Source of the DNA: Alphaproteobacteria bacterium
Lineage (GTDB): Bacteria > Pseudomonadota > Alphaproteobacteria > UBA828
Assembly: GCA_965214705.1 (NCBI GenBank)
Contig: CBDCCI010000002.1
Location: 1-64,000 of the forward strand
Reading direction: 5' to 3'
Length of the DNA: 64,000 bases
The position numbers and the translations under genes are program-made. The first letter of the stretch is position 1. Each line of letters starts with the position of its first letter. Shown here piece after piece: positions 10,201 through 21,128 of the stretch. Below the pieces are notes generated by a model. It saw only the letters and a list, made by a program, of their open reading frames with translations, was not told where the DNA came from and made no database searches.

Positions 10201-13200
10201 CTACAGTTCGAGTTCCAGCTCGTACTCGATCTGCTTGGGGGCGCGCTCCTTCACCCGTTCCGGCGCCTTCGCGGGCTCCGGCGCCCGAGCGGGCCGGGGT
10301 GCCGGGGTGGGCGGCTGCTCCGTCTCCGGTTCCGGTGTTCTTGCGGGCGTTGGCTGCCGCGTCCTTTCCGGTTTGCGGGCCGGCGCCTCGGGCTCGATCC
10401 CGGGCTCCCTGCTTCTCGCCGGCGCAGGCGCCCGCATTCCTGCAGGATTGCGGGCCGGCGCGTCCCGCTCGATCTCCGTTTCCCTGCTCCTGGCGTCTTC
10501 GCGTGCTTGCGCCTGCCTGGCCCGCTCCGCACTCTTCGCTCTTTCCACCGCCGCAGCGGCAGCGACGCCTTCCAGCGCCGACACGCGCTCCCCGGTCGCG
10601 GCCTCCAGGCGGTCGCACAAGGCCTTCGCGTCGTCCGTGACCAGCTCCGCCCGGTGCCGCGCGCGGCTGATCTCCACGTAGAAGCTCTTCTGCGTGGTCA
10701 GGTGGGGATGATTGGCCTCCATCACCGCGATCACATTGTCGACCGTGCGCCCCTGGAAGGCGTGCACCGTGGACGCCCACGCGTGATCCACATGCCGCAG
10801 CTGCGGATGATCGCGGCGCAGGTCCAGCCTGCGGCCGTCCTCCAGCAGGAACGACACCCGGTCTTCCCGCACCGCCGTCACTTCCGCCGCATGGCTGTTC
10901 ATCAGCCCGAGCTTGGCGTCGTTGCGGGTCCAGCGGATGCGGTCGCCGGCACGAAGCTCCGTCGGCTCCACACGGTACACCTCGACGGCGCCGCGCAGAG
11001 CGCCCACCTGGCGCGGGCGCCAGGGTATCGCCTCGCCCTTGGGGCCTTCCAGCGTCACCACGCCGGGAGTGCCAGTACCAAGTACCCGGCGCTCGTCGCC
11101 CTTCTCCACGCCGAGGCTCTTGTAGGCTCGGTGGAAGGCGACCACATCGCCCGGTGCGTAGTTGGCCGCCTGCATCTTCTCAGCGGTGGTATACCCGCGC
11201 GAGACCAGCCGCTCGCCCTCAAGCGCCGCTCCATGAATGACGCCCTCGCGGGCGAGGCGCTCGCGGATGTGTCCGTTGACGCTCTCGCGCATCGCATGGC
11301 TTGGCGCCATCAAGCCGGTGTTCTCACGCTCTTCGGCAGAGAGCCTCAGCCAGCGGGCCGCCGCAGCGCCGGCGAGATTGTCCGCCTTCACCTCTGCGAC
11401 GCTCTCGCCCAGCTTGCCGAAGGCCGCGCGCACGTCGCCCGCGAGGCTCGCGCGCACCGCCTCCTTCAGCACGGGGGCCTTCTGCCGAAGTATCTCGTCC
11501 ATGACCACCGTCTTCATGCCCGCCCCCTGCAACTGCGCGAAGGGTTTTCCCGCATCCACGGCATCCAACTGCTTCTCGTCTCCCATCAGGACAATGCGAG
11601 GTATCCTGAGCCTGTCGGCGATCCGCAGTAGGTCGCGGGCCTGCACAGTGGACGCCAATGAGCCCTCGTCCACCACCAGCACCGTCTTGCGGAAGGAAGC
11701 GCGCATCCTGCGCTCGGCCGCGGGCGTGAGCCGCCCCTCCGCCACCCCCGCGTTGCGGGCGAGGAAGCGCTGCAGCGTCTCGCTTCGAATTCCGGCCTCG
11801 GTCCCGAGCGTGGCCACCGCCGATGCCGAGGGTGCCAGGCCGACCATGCGCCAGCCGCTCTTGTCCGCGAGAGCGCGCGCCCTATCAAGCATCGCGGTCT
11901 TGCCCGTGCCGGCATAGCCCTGCACGCCCACAACCCGGTCCTTCGAGGAGAGGATCGTGGTCACCGCCTCCTTCTGGCCCTGGGTCAGGCGGCCGTTGTG
12001 GAGCAGAGGCGCCGCGGTCCACTTGCGCATCACCGGCCTCGACCGGCCCTGGCCGCGCTCCATGAGCGCGATGGTTTCGGTCTCGTCGATGAGGGCCTTG
12101 TCGGTGGTGAGCGCGTCGCCGAGCACGGGTGTCCTCGCGGCATGGAGGGTGCCTGCTTTCTCCAACCTCCCCACGGCGGCCTCGGCCTCTTCGATATTCA
12201 CCTTGCCGGGGTTCCAGGCGAGGGTGGCGGTGAGCAGGTCGGTGCGGGCGAATACCGCCTCCCGTTCGGAGAGGTGGGCCACCGCCCAGGCGGAGGCGCG
12301 CTCAGCGTCAGCCGTCACGCCGGCCACGGCCTCACGGTCGTGGCCGGCGGAAGGCAGGGAGCGCTCCGGATATGCCGCCTGCCAGTGCCGGGCCTCGGCA
12401 ACTATGCCGCGTGCGTCGAGGCCCAATTCCGAGGCCTGTTTCTGCCAGGTCTCGCGCAGCGCCTCCTTGTCGACGTCGCGCTTGTGCGAGCGCGTGACCA
12501 GCGCTGCGCGCTCCGCCACGCGCGGGTTCGCCGCCGGATCGCCGAGACCCCGTGAAGCCATCGCCGTTTCGATCTCGGCCCGGCGCGTGGAAAAGACATC
12601 GATGATGGGCCTCGGGACACCTGCGATCTCGAACCGTCCGTCAGCATGCGTCTTCTCGATGGCATACCCCAGCTCCTCCAGGCCCCTCGCCAACTCGGCC
12701 CGGTAGAGCGCGCCGATCAGCATCTTCGACGCATAGAGCTTCTCGTTCGCCATGGTGCGCCATTTGCCGGACCGGGGCGTTCCCCCGTCCTCGCCCTGCA
12801 CCATGTTGGCGATCACCGCATGCGTATGGAGCTGGGGGTCCAGGTTGCGAGACGTGTCGTGCCGGAACGTGGCTGCCACGATCGATTGATCGCCGGTGCG
12901 CACCATGCGTCCAAGCTCGGGGTCCATCATCCTGGTCTCGGCCGCGTTGGCCTCGATCCAGGCCAGCGCCTTGCGCACGGCGGCATCGTGGACGCCCACG
13001 ATACGCTCGTCGCCGCCGATCAACGCGGCGATCGAGACGGACTTAGATGCCGAAAAGGTGAGGTCGCGGCCGGGGCGGTGCTCGATCTTGCCCTCCTTGT
13101 TCCTGCGGCCCAGCCGGAGCCCGGAGCCGTCGGGTACCTCGCCCGCGAGGATGTCGGTGATGATGTCGGGGTCGACTGTGCCCTCCAGGCCCAGCGCCGC

Positions 13201-13326
13201 CGCACCCTTGCCGAACCAGGCGCTGGCCTCACGGTGGGCGGCGTCGTCCTTCGCGTAGTACCCGTCTCGTTCATAGTAGGAGACGCCCTGCGCGGGCGAG
13301 GCGACCGCGCCGATGGAGACCACCAT
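10201..13326 (-). CDS. MOBF (TrwC/TraI-type) relaxase-helicase
   Basis: N-terminal YY..GYY, DLTFSASKSVS, HDTSRNLDPQLHTH, Walker A GYAGTGKT, VVDEGS, HAWASTVHAFQG. Confidence 0.96.
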   Translation of the reverse strand: MVVSIGAVASPAQGVSYYERDGYYAKDDAAHREASAWFGKGAAALGLEGTVDPDIITDILAGEVPDGSGLRLGRRNKEGKIEHRPGRDLTFSASKSVSIAALIGGDERIVGVHDAAVRKALAWIEANAAETRMMDPELGRMVRTGDQSIVAATFRHDTSRNLDPQLHTHAVIANMVQGEDGGTPRSGKWRTMANEKLYASKMLIGALYRAELARGLEELGYAIEKTHADGRFEIAGVPRPIIDVFSTRRAEIETAMASRGLGDPAANPRVAERAALVTRSHKRDVDKEALRETWQKQASELGLDARGIVAEARHWQAAYPERSLPSAGHDREAVAGVTADAERASAWAVAHLSEREAVFARTDLLTATLAWNPGKVNIEEAEAAVGRLEKAGTLHAARTPVLGDALTTDKALIDETETIALMERGQGRSRPVMRKWTAAPLLHNGRLTQGQKEAVTTILSSKDRVVGVQGYAGTGKTAMLDRARALADKSGWRMVGLAPSASAVATLGTEAGIRSETLQRFLARNAGVAEGRLTPAAERRMRASFRKTVLVVDEGSLASTVQARDLLRIADRLRIPRIVLMGDEKQLDAVDAGKPFAQLQGAGMKTVVMDEILRQKAPVLKEAVRASLAGDVRAAFGKLGESVAEVKADNLAGAAAARWLRLSAEERENTGLMAPSHAMRESVNGHIRERLAREGVIHGAALEGERLVSRGYTTAEKMQAANYAPGDVVAFHRAYKSLGVEKGDERRVLGTGTPGVVTLEGPKGEAIPWRPRQVGALRGAVEVYRVEPTELRAGDRIRWTRNDAKLGLMNSHAAEVTAVREDRVSFLLEDGRRLDLRRDHPQLRHVDHAWASTVHAFQGRTVDNVIAVMEANHPHLTTQKSFYVEISRARHRAELVTDDAKALCDRLEAATGERVSALEGVAAAAAVERAKSAERARQAQAREDARSRETEIERDAPARNPAGMRAPAPARSREPGIEPEAPARKPERTRQPTPARTPEPETEQPPTPAPRPARAPEPAKAPERVKERAPKQIEYELELEL

Positions 13327-14498
13327 CAGTAGAAATCCTGACTGGCACGGCGGCGCCTTCTCCTTGCGCCATGCCTCGTGCCGAAGAGTCGCTCGTTCGA
13401 TCCTGGCATCCTGTTATCGGAAGCGGCGCGCTCACCATGGGGCGCGGGCGACGGGCTCTTGTCCGCGCTATCGTCGCGAGCAGCGTCCTGTGGTTCTTGC
13501 GAAGAGCCGGGCTTTGACGAGGCGACGCCTCCGGCTTCGGATTTGCTGACATCGTGGGAGACTTGCCCCGGGGCGTGCGGCATGCGGCTCTTCGGCTCGG
13601 AACGCCTCGGGTTAGCAGAATCGTCGAGCAGGGCGGGCGCCGATGTTGTCGGCGCTGCTGGCGATGATGTCGCCGGCAAGTGCGGGCTTGATGGGTCGTC
13701 GTGCGCCTCGTTATCGGTGAGTTGGTCCAATCGATGATGCGCTTGGCCCTGAGGCACCTCCGCAGAATCCGCCCGGTCCAGCCTCCCTGATCGCGCCAGT
13801 TCGAACAGCCTGGCCGTCAGCTTACCGAATGCAGCAGGCACCGCGGCGCTTCCTTGCCGCCGCGCAGAGCCGCTGGCCGCGCTGTCCGCGGCGTGATGTT
13901 TGCTGCCCCTCGAACTGACGCCCTGATGCTCCGTGCTGCCGCTGTGCGCGCATCCCTTCGCAGTCTTCCAGACGAACCGCACGGGCGCCCGGAGCAAACG
14001 CAGTATTCGGTCGAACCAGTGGCCGGTCCGCCGTCGCGGCACCGAGGCCACATGCTTCTCTCCGGCGCCCCGGCGGCGCCTGGAATTTCGCCGGTGGACG
14101 ATGCGCATGACGACGACGGCTCCGATCAGCAGACCGGCTCCGATGCCGCCGCCCCACAGGGCAGCACCGCGGGCATCGCCCAGCATGCGGTCGCGCAGGC
14201 CGAGGATATAGCCATGCCTCGTGATGGCGTCGATGGTCCAGACCAGGACTTCCCCGTCCAGGTCACGGATCTTCTTGGTCTTGTCCGGTGCGAACGGAAG
14301 AAACAGCAGGAACTCACTGAGCACGTAGACGCCGAAGACGTGCCAGTCATGCGCGGTGTACCTCGCGACGGTGGTCCAGATCGCCGCTCCCAGCCCGAAC
14401 ACGGCGGCGACGAAGGCGACAAACCAGGAGAACGCGTACCAGTCCAGCCAGTCCCGCCAGACGATATACAGGTCGAACGCTTGGACCGGACTCTTCAT
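13326..14498 (-). pseudogene. Truncated coupling-protein-like membrane protein (N-terminal TM part only)
   Basis: Two TM segments then a low-complexity tail, no Walker motifs; stop overlaps the relaxase start, where a TraD/TrwB gene is expected. Confidence 0.5.
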
Positions 14499-14987
14499 GT
14501 TGACGCCGCTCCTGCGCGGGCGGCTTCGCCCCCGCCGTCGCGGAGGGGGTCGGCCAGTTCCCCGAGCAGGGCGCACCGGCCCCCGGCGACGGTCACCGAG
14601 GCCCGAACCGTGGCGCGTGGCGGCGGAAGAGACGCGCTCCTGCCGTCCACACCGAAATCGCGGCCTGCCAGGCAGTCGCACCGTTCTGCAGTGTGCGGTG
14701 TCGACGGTGCGAGCGACGAAGCGCAGATGCACTATGGGGAGAACTCTCCCCATAGAGCACTCGCCGGATCGACGTCCGCTGCTGCCGACACCTGCCCAGG
14801 TTCCGGACCTGCCTCCGTGTCCTCCACGTTCAAGGCGAGACCGACTTTCACCCTGCCCTCCGCACGAACCACCGTCCGGGCTCGAGCGCCTCCACCGCGC
14901 AGATGCCCAGGCAGGAATGCCGGAAGGCCGATAGCGGGTCCGATTGCCGAAGCGACGGAACGACCAGAAGCAAATCGGCGCCGATCG

Positions 14988-15281
14988 TCATCGCCGTGTC
15001 CTCCCAGGCCCGTCAGCGCCCCCATCCTCTTCTTCCTCGTCACTCTCCTCGTCCCCGTCTTCCGGGACCGGGTTCGTGAGGCCGTCGTCGGAGGTCGAAT
15101 GCCCGCGCCTCGCCGTCGCCCACTTCAGGACTTCGGACAGCAGATAGCGCACGAGTACGCTGCCGACGACATAGAAAGGCGGACCCCCACCGCGTGATCG
15201 GTAGCTCTCCAGCGTGCGCTGGCTCAGGCCCACGTACGCCGCCACCTCCCGCGTGGTCATGAGGCGAGTGTTCTCGTCCAT
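14988..15281 (-). CDS. AlpA/excisionase-like HTH DNA-binding protein
   Basis: LMTTREVAAYVGLSQRTLESYRSRGGGPPF...VRY...EVLKW. Confidence 0.85.
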   Translation of the reverse strand: MDENTRLMTTREVAAYVGLSQRTLESYRSRGGGPPFYVVGSVLVRYLLSEVLKWATARRGHSTSDDGLTNPVPEDGDEESDEEEEDGGADGPGRTRR

Positions 15282-16098
15282 CTTCTCTCTCCCTTGAGTC
15301 TTGTCGCATCGACCTGAAGCCCCGTCCCAGCCTGAGCACGAAGCCGGGACCGCTCATTGCCCTCTAGCCGAACCCGTGTGGCTTGATGCCGGTCACCTCA
15401 AGGAAGGTCTCGACCTCCTGCAGGAAGTGGGAGCCGATGGGTTCCAGGTGCGTGGAGGCCGGCACCGTGTCGGCAGTACCGAGGCGCACGTCCAAGACTC
15501 GGCCGAGGCGGCCAGGGCACGACGCGTCCCCCGGCGCAGCACTGCCGAGGGCGCAATGCGAGAGATGCTCGCGAGCGATGTGCGCCTCGATGCTGTCGAG
15601 CAGCGCCTGACGGCTGCCTGGGGCAATGCGGTCGATGTGGAGTGGTGTGCTCATGGAGAGAACATATAGTGATCAAATGGGCACAGGCAACTGTAGGGAA
15701 AAGGAGATTTGCTACAGAAATTGGCTATATGCGACGACATGAGATGTCAGGAGTACCCAGGAGTACGATCCAGTACGGCGATCAAATATTCGTGATGCCG
15801 GCATGGCCCTTCCGGGCGGTAACGGTTCGCTCAGGCCGTGGAGATGTGGACTTGGGGAGGCCGGAAAAGGGGAAGACAGCACGCCTGCCTCGCTCGCGGG
15901 TCGGCCCCTCCACGGTATTACCGAACCGTTACTCCGGGCGCAAGATCGCGCTTACCATCGGCCGCAACCGCTGCAGGGTCAGCGGTTAGTGGGAATTCAG
16001 AAGGTGGAGGGAGACTGCCGCCGGTGCCCCGATTTCGAAGTTCGCACAGTCATGATTGAGCCGGTCCGAGTTCGAGGGATTTCTGGCAGAACCGCCCA

Positions 16099-16626
16099 AT
16101 GCAGGCGAGCATCGAACGGAAGGGAATGGAGGGCACCGCCCACGGGTATGCTGGATTCTGTACAAGGCGGGCTACGCTGCGGGCTGTGGTCGCGACCCTC
16201 TGCGCGGAGATGCTCAACCTGAAAGAGCACCGGAGCGACCGGGGCTTGCCGTGTGTGCCCGGCGGCAGAAGAGAGCCCCTGCCGGTCGAGACGCTCTGCC
16301 GGTTCTTCGCGCTGGCGTGGCGCTTCGGCCTGGCGGAGGAGACCGATGCGGCCAAGTTCCTGCTGGAACGGAACGGTTCTGCGCCGAAGCTGCCGGCGGA
16401 CTGGAGACTGCCGACGGACCGCCTGACCTGCGGCTGCGCTCATTGCGCGGAGTTGCGCAAGTTCTATGCCGACCCGGCCGCCGCAGTTCACCGCTTCGCG
16501 GTCCGCGCTGAACTGAGCTCGCATCTCGGCACCGAGATGGCACGGGCGAAGGTCGACATGAGCGGCGAGACCGGGCAGCAGCGCTGTCCCTGTACGCTGG
16601 TCTGCATCAAGACCCGCGCGACCTGA
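16099..16626 (+). pseudogene. Gene fragment with a CxCxxC motif (resembles the C-terminal part of larger proteins)
   Basis: WRLP...CGCAHCAELRKF...TLVCIKT; no convincing start. Confidence 0.35.
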
Positions 16627-17078
16627 GAGCGCCGGCTTGAGCAATACAGGGAGGATATCGCAGGGATGGGTCGCCCGGCCGCGGCCGCCGGCGCGGTTCC
16701 GGGCTCGGACGCCGCCTTGGCGCTCCCGATCGCGATCGAGGAGTCTCAAGGCCGGTCGCAATAGGCCCGCGCATCCCGGCAGGGCTCGTTTTTTGTCGAC
16801 CCGGCGGGCGGCGTACCGTGCTCAGCGGTCCATTTGGGGGCGCGTTTCGTTGTCGTTGTGCCGAATTGCGCCTCATAGAGCTGCCGTCGACCCCGCCGCA
16901 GGCAACTTCGCACTGGTCGCCGACACTCGATCACGACAAAAAATTGTTCCTGCGCATCCCGGTCGACCGGGACTGCCGGTTCGGCGTAGGCTGGCACCAT
17001 GTCGGAACTGGTCGCCGTCGCACACACGTTGGCAGTCCCCCGTCCGTTGCCAGCTGCCACTGCCGGGAAATCTGCCAG

Positions 17079-18092
17079 GTGAGCCTTCCGACGACGCCGC
17101 ACGACGCGCTGTTCCGGGCGCTGGTCGCCAACCCGGCCCGCGCCGGCGCGCTACTCGCGGAATACCTTCCCCAGGAGACCGCCGATCTGCTCGATCCCGG
17201 CGCTCCGCCCGAGGCGGTCGAGGGAAGCTTCGTCGACGCAGACGCCGCGAGGACGCAGTGCGACGCCCTGTTCAAGGTGAGGCTCAAGACCGGACACCAG
17301 GCCCGGATCTACGTCCTCCTCGAGCACAAGAGCAGCGTCGACGCCGGCACGCCCCTTCAGATTCTGAAGTACATGGCCAACATCTGGCTCCGTGAGATCG
17401 AGGGCCGCACCGCCAGGGATGGGCTTCCGCCGATCATCCCGCTCGTCTTCTACCACGGCCAGGGTCGATGGACGGCGGCCCGCTCGGTGGCGGAGATGAT
17501 CGAGGCACCAGACGAGTTGGCACCCTTCCTGCGGGAGTTCGCCTACGTGCTGCACGACCTCGGGGAGATCGCGCCGCTCCGACTGTCCCGAACGCCCGAG
17601 GTGCGGGCCGGGCTGCTGGCGCTCAAGGTGGTCCATGCCGACGCCATCCCGGCCGACATTCTCGATCAGATGACCGGCGGACCGGTTGCGGGAAGCGAGT
17701 TCGAGCGCCATATTATTCGTTACATCGCCGAACGCATGAACCTGACGCCGCCCTTGCTGGAGGCGTCGTTGCGCCGGACGAAGCCGGACCGCTGGGAGGC
17801 GCTGATGGGCACTGTGGCGGAAGCCTGGATCGAACAGGGAAGAGCAGAGGGGATCGAGCGTGGCCGGACCGAGGGCATGGCCCAGGGAGTGGAGCAGGGC
17901 TTGGCCCAGGGTATCGCCACAGGCCAGGCCGGGCTGCTTCTCCGCCAACTTGAATTGCGCTTCGGCGAATTGCCGGAGGCTGTCGGCGAGCGAGTTCGCG
18001 GTGCGTCGGCCTCTGAGCTCGAAGCCTGGGCGGTGGCCGTGCTGGTAGCGGCCAGCTTGGACGAGGTGCTGGCGGCCAGACCCGGCCCCTGA
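17079..18092 (+). CDS. Rpn/YhgA-like PD-(D/E)XK nuclease with C-terminal DUF4351-like tail
   Basis: PHDALFR, SFVD, DALF, YVLLEHKS, PIIPLVFYHG, G-x-x-E/Q-G repeats, LLRQLELRFGELP. Confidence 0.92.
   Translation: MSLPTTPHDALFRALVANPARAGALLAEYLPQETADLLDPGAPPEAVEGSFVDADAARTQCDALFKVRLKTGHQARIYVLLEHKSSVDAGTPLQILKYMANIWLREIEGRTARDGLPPIIPLVFYHGQGRWTAARSVAEMIEAPDELAPFLREFAYVLHDLGEIAPLRLSRTPEVRAGLLALKVVHADAIPADILDQMTGGPVAGSEFERHIIRYIAERMNLTPPLLEASLRRTKPDRWEALMGTVAEAWIEQGRAEGIERGRTEGMAQGVEQGLAQGIATGQAGLLLRQLELRFGELPEAVGERVRGASASELEAWAVAVLVAASLDEVLAARPGP
17805..18092 (+). CDS. Putative internal in-frame small Rpn protein (Rpn-S antitoxin, 95 aa)
   Basis: GGGAGG RBS at 17794-17799 before in-frame ATG of MGTVAEAW. 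Confidence 0.6.
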   Translation: MGTVAEAWIEQGRAEGIERGRTEGMAQGVEQGLAQGIATGQAGLLLRQLELRFGELPEAVGERVRGASASELEAWAVAVLVAASLDEVLAARPGP

Positions 18093-18280
18093 CTTCCGGG
18101 CGGCTGCCGCTCCACCGGTAACTGCGAGTTCCGCTCTGACTTGTCGATCTCCTCGGGAAACGTCGTGATGGCAACGGCGGTCCCAGAATCGCTGACGGTG
18201 TGGCGTTGCGTCGCGGAGTCCGGCATCTTCAACATGACAAAACCGACCCGCCAGCTTGGTGTCGTCGAGCGGTTGGATGA

Positions 18281-20716
18281 TTGAAGAGCAAATTGGCTCG
18301 CCAGAACTCCGATAGCGACGAGGCCGCCCTCATTCGCGACCGCCTCGCACGGCTAGAGGCCGAACGCGATACCCTCAAGTCGCGGCTTGCCGAGCTCGAA
18401 GACCAGGGCCAAATCGCGCCCAACGACGATTTGCGGGATGGGCAGGTAACCGAGCGCTCGCCGGCGCGCGAGAAGGTTACGCTGTTCCGCTCGCTCTTTC
18501 GTGGCCGCGACGACGTCTATCCCAAGCGCTGGGAGAACACCCGGACCGGAAAGTCAGGTTACGCGCCCGCCTGCGGTAATGAGTGGAAACCGCAGGTATG
18601 CGGCAAGCCCAGGATCAAGTGCGGCTCATGCACCAACCAGGCCTTCCGTCCCGTCACCGACGAGGCGATCATGGACCACCTGCGCGGTCGCCACACGCTC
18701 GGTGTCTACCCCATGATGGCGGACAGCACGTGCCACTTCCTGGCCGCCGACTTCGACAAAGAGACGTGGCGGAAAGATGCTGAAGCCTTTCTCGCCGTGT
18801 GCCGCTCGAAGGGCGTTCCGGCGGCCCTGGAGCGCTCGCGCTCGGGCAATGGCGGGCATGTCTGGATATTCTTCGCCGAGGCCGTGCCCGCGATACTCGC
18901 CCGCCGCCTCGGCGCCCATCTTCTCACCGAGGCCATGGAGAACAACCCGGACATCGGCTTCAAGTCCTACGACCGGTTCTTTCCGAGCCAGGACACTCTT
19001 CCGGACGGAGGATTCGGCAATCTGATCGCGCTGCCCCTGCAGGGCGGCCCGCGCGAGAGCGGCAACAGCCTGTTTCTCGACGACGAGTTCGAGCCCTGTG
19101 CCGACCAGTGGGCCTTTCTGGGCTCGGTTGGCCGCCTGAGCATGGCGGAGGCCACGGCCATCGTCGACGAAGCCAGCAGGCAGGGCCGCGTCGTCGGCCT
19201 CCGCCTTCCGATTGAAGAGGAAGACGAAGAGCCCTGGACGGCGCCGCCATCGCGGTGGCGGCCGCCGCCCGCGATCCCCGGCTCGCTGCCGGAGCGGATC
19301 GATGCGGTTCTGGGCGATCAGCTCTACGTTCCGCGCGAAGGCCTGCCGCCGGGTCTGGTCAACCAGCTCGTCCGCCTCGCGGCATTCCAGAACCCGGAGT
19401 TCTATCGCGCACAGGCGATGAAGCGCTCCACCTTCGGCATCTCCCGTATCGTCGCCAGCGCCGAACTCCTGTCCCACCACATCGCCTTGCCGCGCGGCTG
19501 CCTCGTGGAGATGGAGCAGTTGCTTGACGAGCTCGGCATCGCCTGCCACGTGCGCGACGAACGTAGTGCCGGCCGGCTTCTCGATATCGCCTTTCTCGGC
19601 GAGTTGATCCCGGAGCAGAAGGCGGCGGTCGAGGCCCTGCTGGCACACGAGACCGGCGTGCTGGCGGCGGCGACAGGGTTCGGCAAGACAGTCGTCGCCG
19701 CCTCCGTGATCGCCACTCGCGGGGTGAACACTCTCGTCCTCGTTCACCGCAACCAGCTGATGGATCAGTGGGTCGCGCGGCTGGGGGCGTTCCTGAGTCT
19801 TCCGGACGGCGCGATCGGGCGTATCGGCGGAGGCAAGCGCAAGCCGGCCGGCATCGTCGATGTCGGCATGCTGCAGAGCCTTGAACGCGACAACGTGGTG
19901 GACGACATCGTCGCCGACTACGGGCATCTCGTGGTCGACGAGTGCCACCATCTCTCGGCAACCAAGTTCGAGATGGTGGCGCGCCGTGCCAAGGCCCGCT
20001 ACGTCCTCGGTTTGTCGGCGACGGTCACCCGCCGGGACGGCCATCATCCCATCGTCTTCATGCAGTGCGGCCCGGTGCGGTTCCGGGCGAGCGCCAAGGC
20101 GGAGGCGCGCCGCCACCCGTTCGGGCATCGGGCGATCCTGCGTCCGACAGGATTCAAGCTGCCCGGCAACGACCACGAAGATCGCCCGCCGATCCAGCAG
20201 ATTTACGCCGCACTGGCCGACGATGAAGATCGCAACGCGCTGATTTTCGACGACGTGCTGACGGCGCTGGAGGCGGGCCGCTCGCCGATCCTTTTGACCG
20301 AGCGCAAGGACCACGCCGATCGTTTCGCCGAGAGGCTCGGCCGCTTCGCGCGCAACGTGATCCTTCTGCGCGGGGGCATGGGCGCGAGGCAGCGCCGCGA
20401 GGTCATGCAGCGCCTCGAAGAGATACTCGATCAGGAGGAGCGAGTTCTGGTTGCGACCGGCCGCTACATCGGAGAGGGGTTCGACGACGCCCGCCTCGAC
20501 ACGCTATTCCTGACGATGCCGATATCGTGGCGGGGGACACTTGCTCAATATGTCGGCCGCCTGCACCGCATTCATCCGGAGAAGCGAGAGGTGCTGGTCT
20601 ACGACTATCTCGACGACGCCGTGCCGGCGCTTCGGCGCATGGCGGCAAAGCGCATTCGCGGATACGAGAACCTCGGCTACACGGTCAAGACGCCCGGCAT
20701 CCTAAGCACCAAGTGA
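18281..20716 (+). CDS. AEP-primase-like domain fused to DEAD/DEAH (ResIII-like) helicase
   Basis: FRSLFRGRDDVY, ADFD, ERSRSGNGGHVWIFF, GNLIALPLQ; ATGFGKT, DECHH, GLSAT, QYVGRLHR. Confidence 0.88.
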   Translation: MKSKLARQNSDSDEAALIRDRLARLEAERDTLKSRLAELEDQGQIAPNDDLRDGQVTERSPAREKVTLFRSLFRGRDDVYPKRWENTRTGKSGYAPACGNEWKPQVCGKPRIKCGSCTNQAFRPVTDEAIMDHLRGRHTLGVYPMMADSTCHFLAADFDKETWRKDAEAFLAVCRSKGVPAALERSRSGNGGHVWIFFAEAVPAILARRLGAHLLTEAMENNPDIGFKSYDRFFPSQDTLPDGGFGNLIALPLQGGPRESGNSLFLDDEFEPCADQWAFLGSVGRLSMAEATAIVDEASRQGRVVGLRLPIEEEDEEPWTAPPSRWRPPPAIPGSLPERIDAVLGDQLYVPREGLPPGLVNQLVRLAAFQNPEFYRAQAMKRSTFGISRIVASAELLSHHIALPRGCLVEMEQLLDELGIACHVRDERSAGRLLDIAFLGELIPEQKAAVEALLAHETGVLAAATGFGKTVVAASVIATRGVNTLVLVHRNQLMDQWVARLGAFLSLPDGAIGRIGGGKRKPAGIVDVGMLQSLERDNVVDDIVADYGHLVVDECHHLSATKFEMVARRAKARYVLGLSATVTRRDGHHPIVFMQCGPVRFRASAKAEARRHPFGHRAILRPTGFKLPGNDHEDRPPIQQIYAALADDEDRNALIFDDVLTALEAGRSPILLTERKDHADRFAERLGRFARNVILLRGGMGARQRREVMQRLEEILDQEERVLVATGRYIGEGFDDARLDTLFLTMPISWRGTLAQYVGRLHRIHPEKREVLVYDYLDDAVPALRRMAAKRIRGYENLGYTVKTPGILSTK

Positions 20717-21128
20717 GATTCTCCGGGCAATGCACGGCGAGGGGAACATTATCTCCGCGATCAACCGCCGATAAATGTCGCGCCTTCCATCTGGCCCATC
20801 GCCCGCGGGCGCGTTCTCCGGCATGCGCCACCGTGGTGAAAGCTGAGTTGATCGTCTGTTCAGGTCCGCCCGGATCGATCCAAACGCCTCTCCACGTTCG
20901 CCATCGGCTTCAGGGGCTCCGCCATACCGCCGAATTCGGCGCTTGGCCACCATCATCGTCTTCACGACTATGTCATCCCACGCGCCATCGCCCATGTTGT
21001 GGCCATCGTGGCCGGTGTTGCCGCAGGACAGTCCGTGCGGGCCGTGCCTGACGCGTCCGCGGGCGCACGCTATGCTTGGCGCCGTCGCACCGGGGCCGAG
21101 AGCAACTGTAATTCGAGGTAAGAGCGGC

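Noticed and set aside
15745-15780. Short AGTAC repeats as iterons or a CRISPR array
   Set aside because: Only three short irregular units; no spacers and no rep or cas gene.
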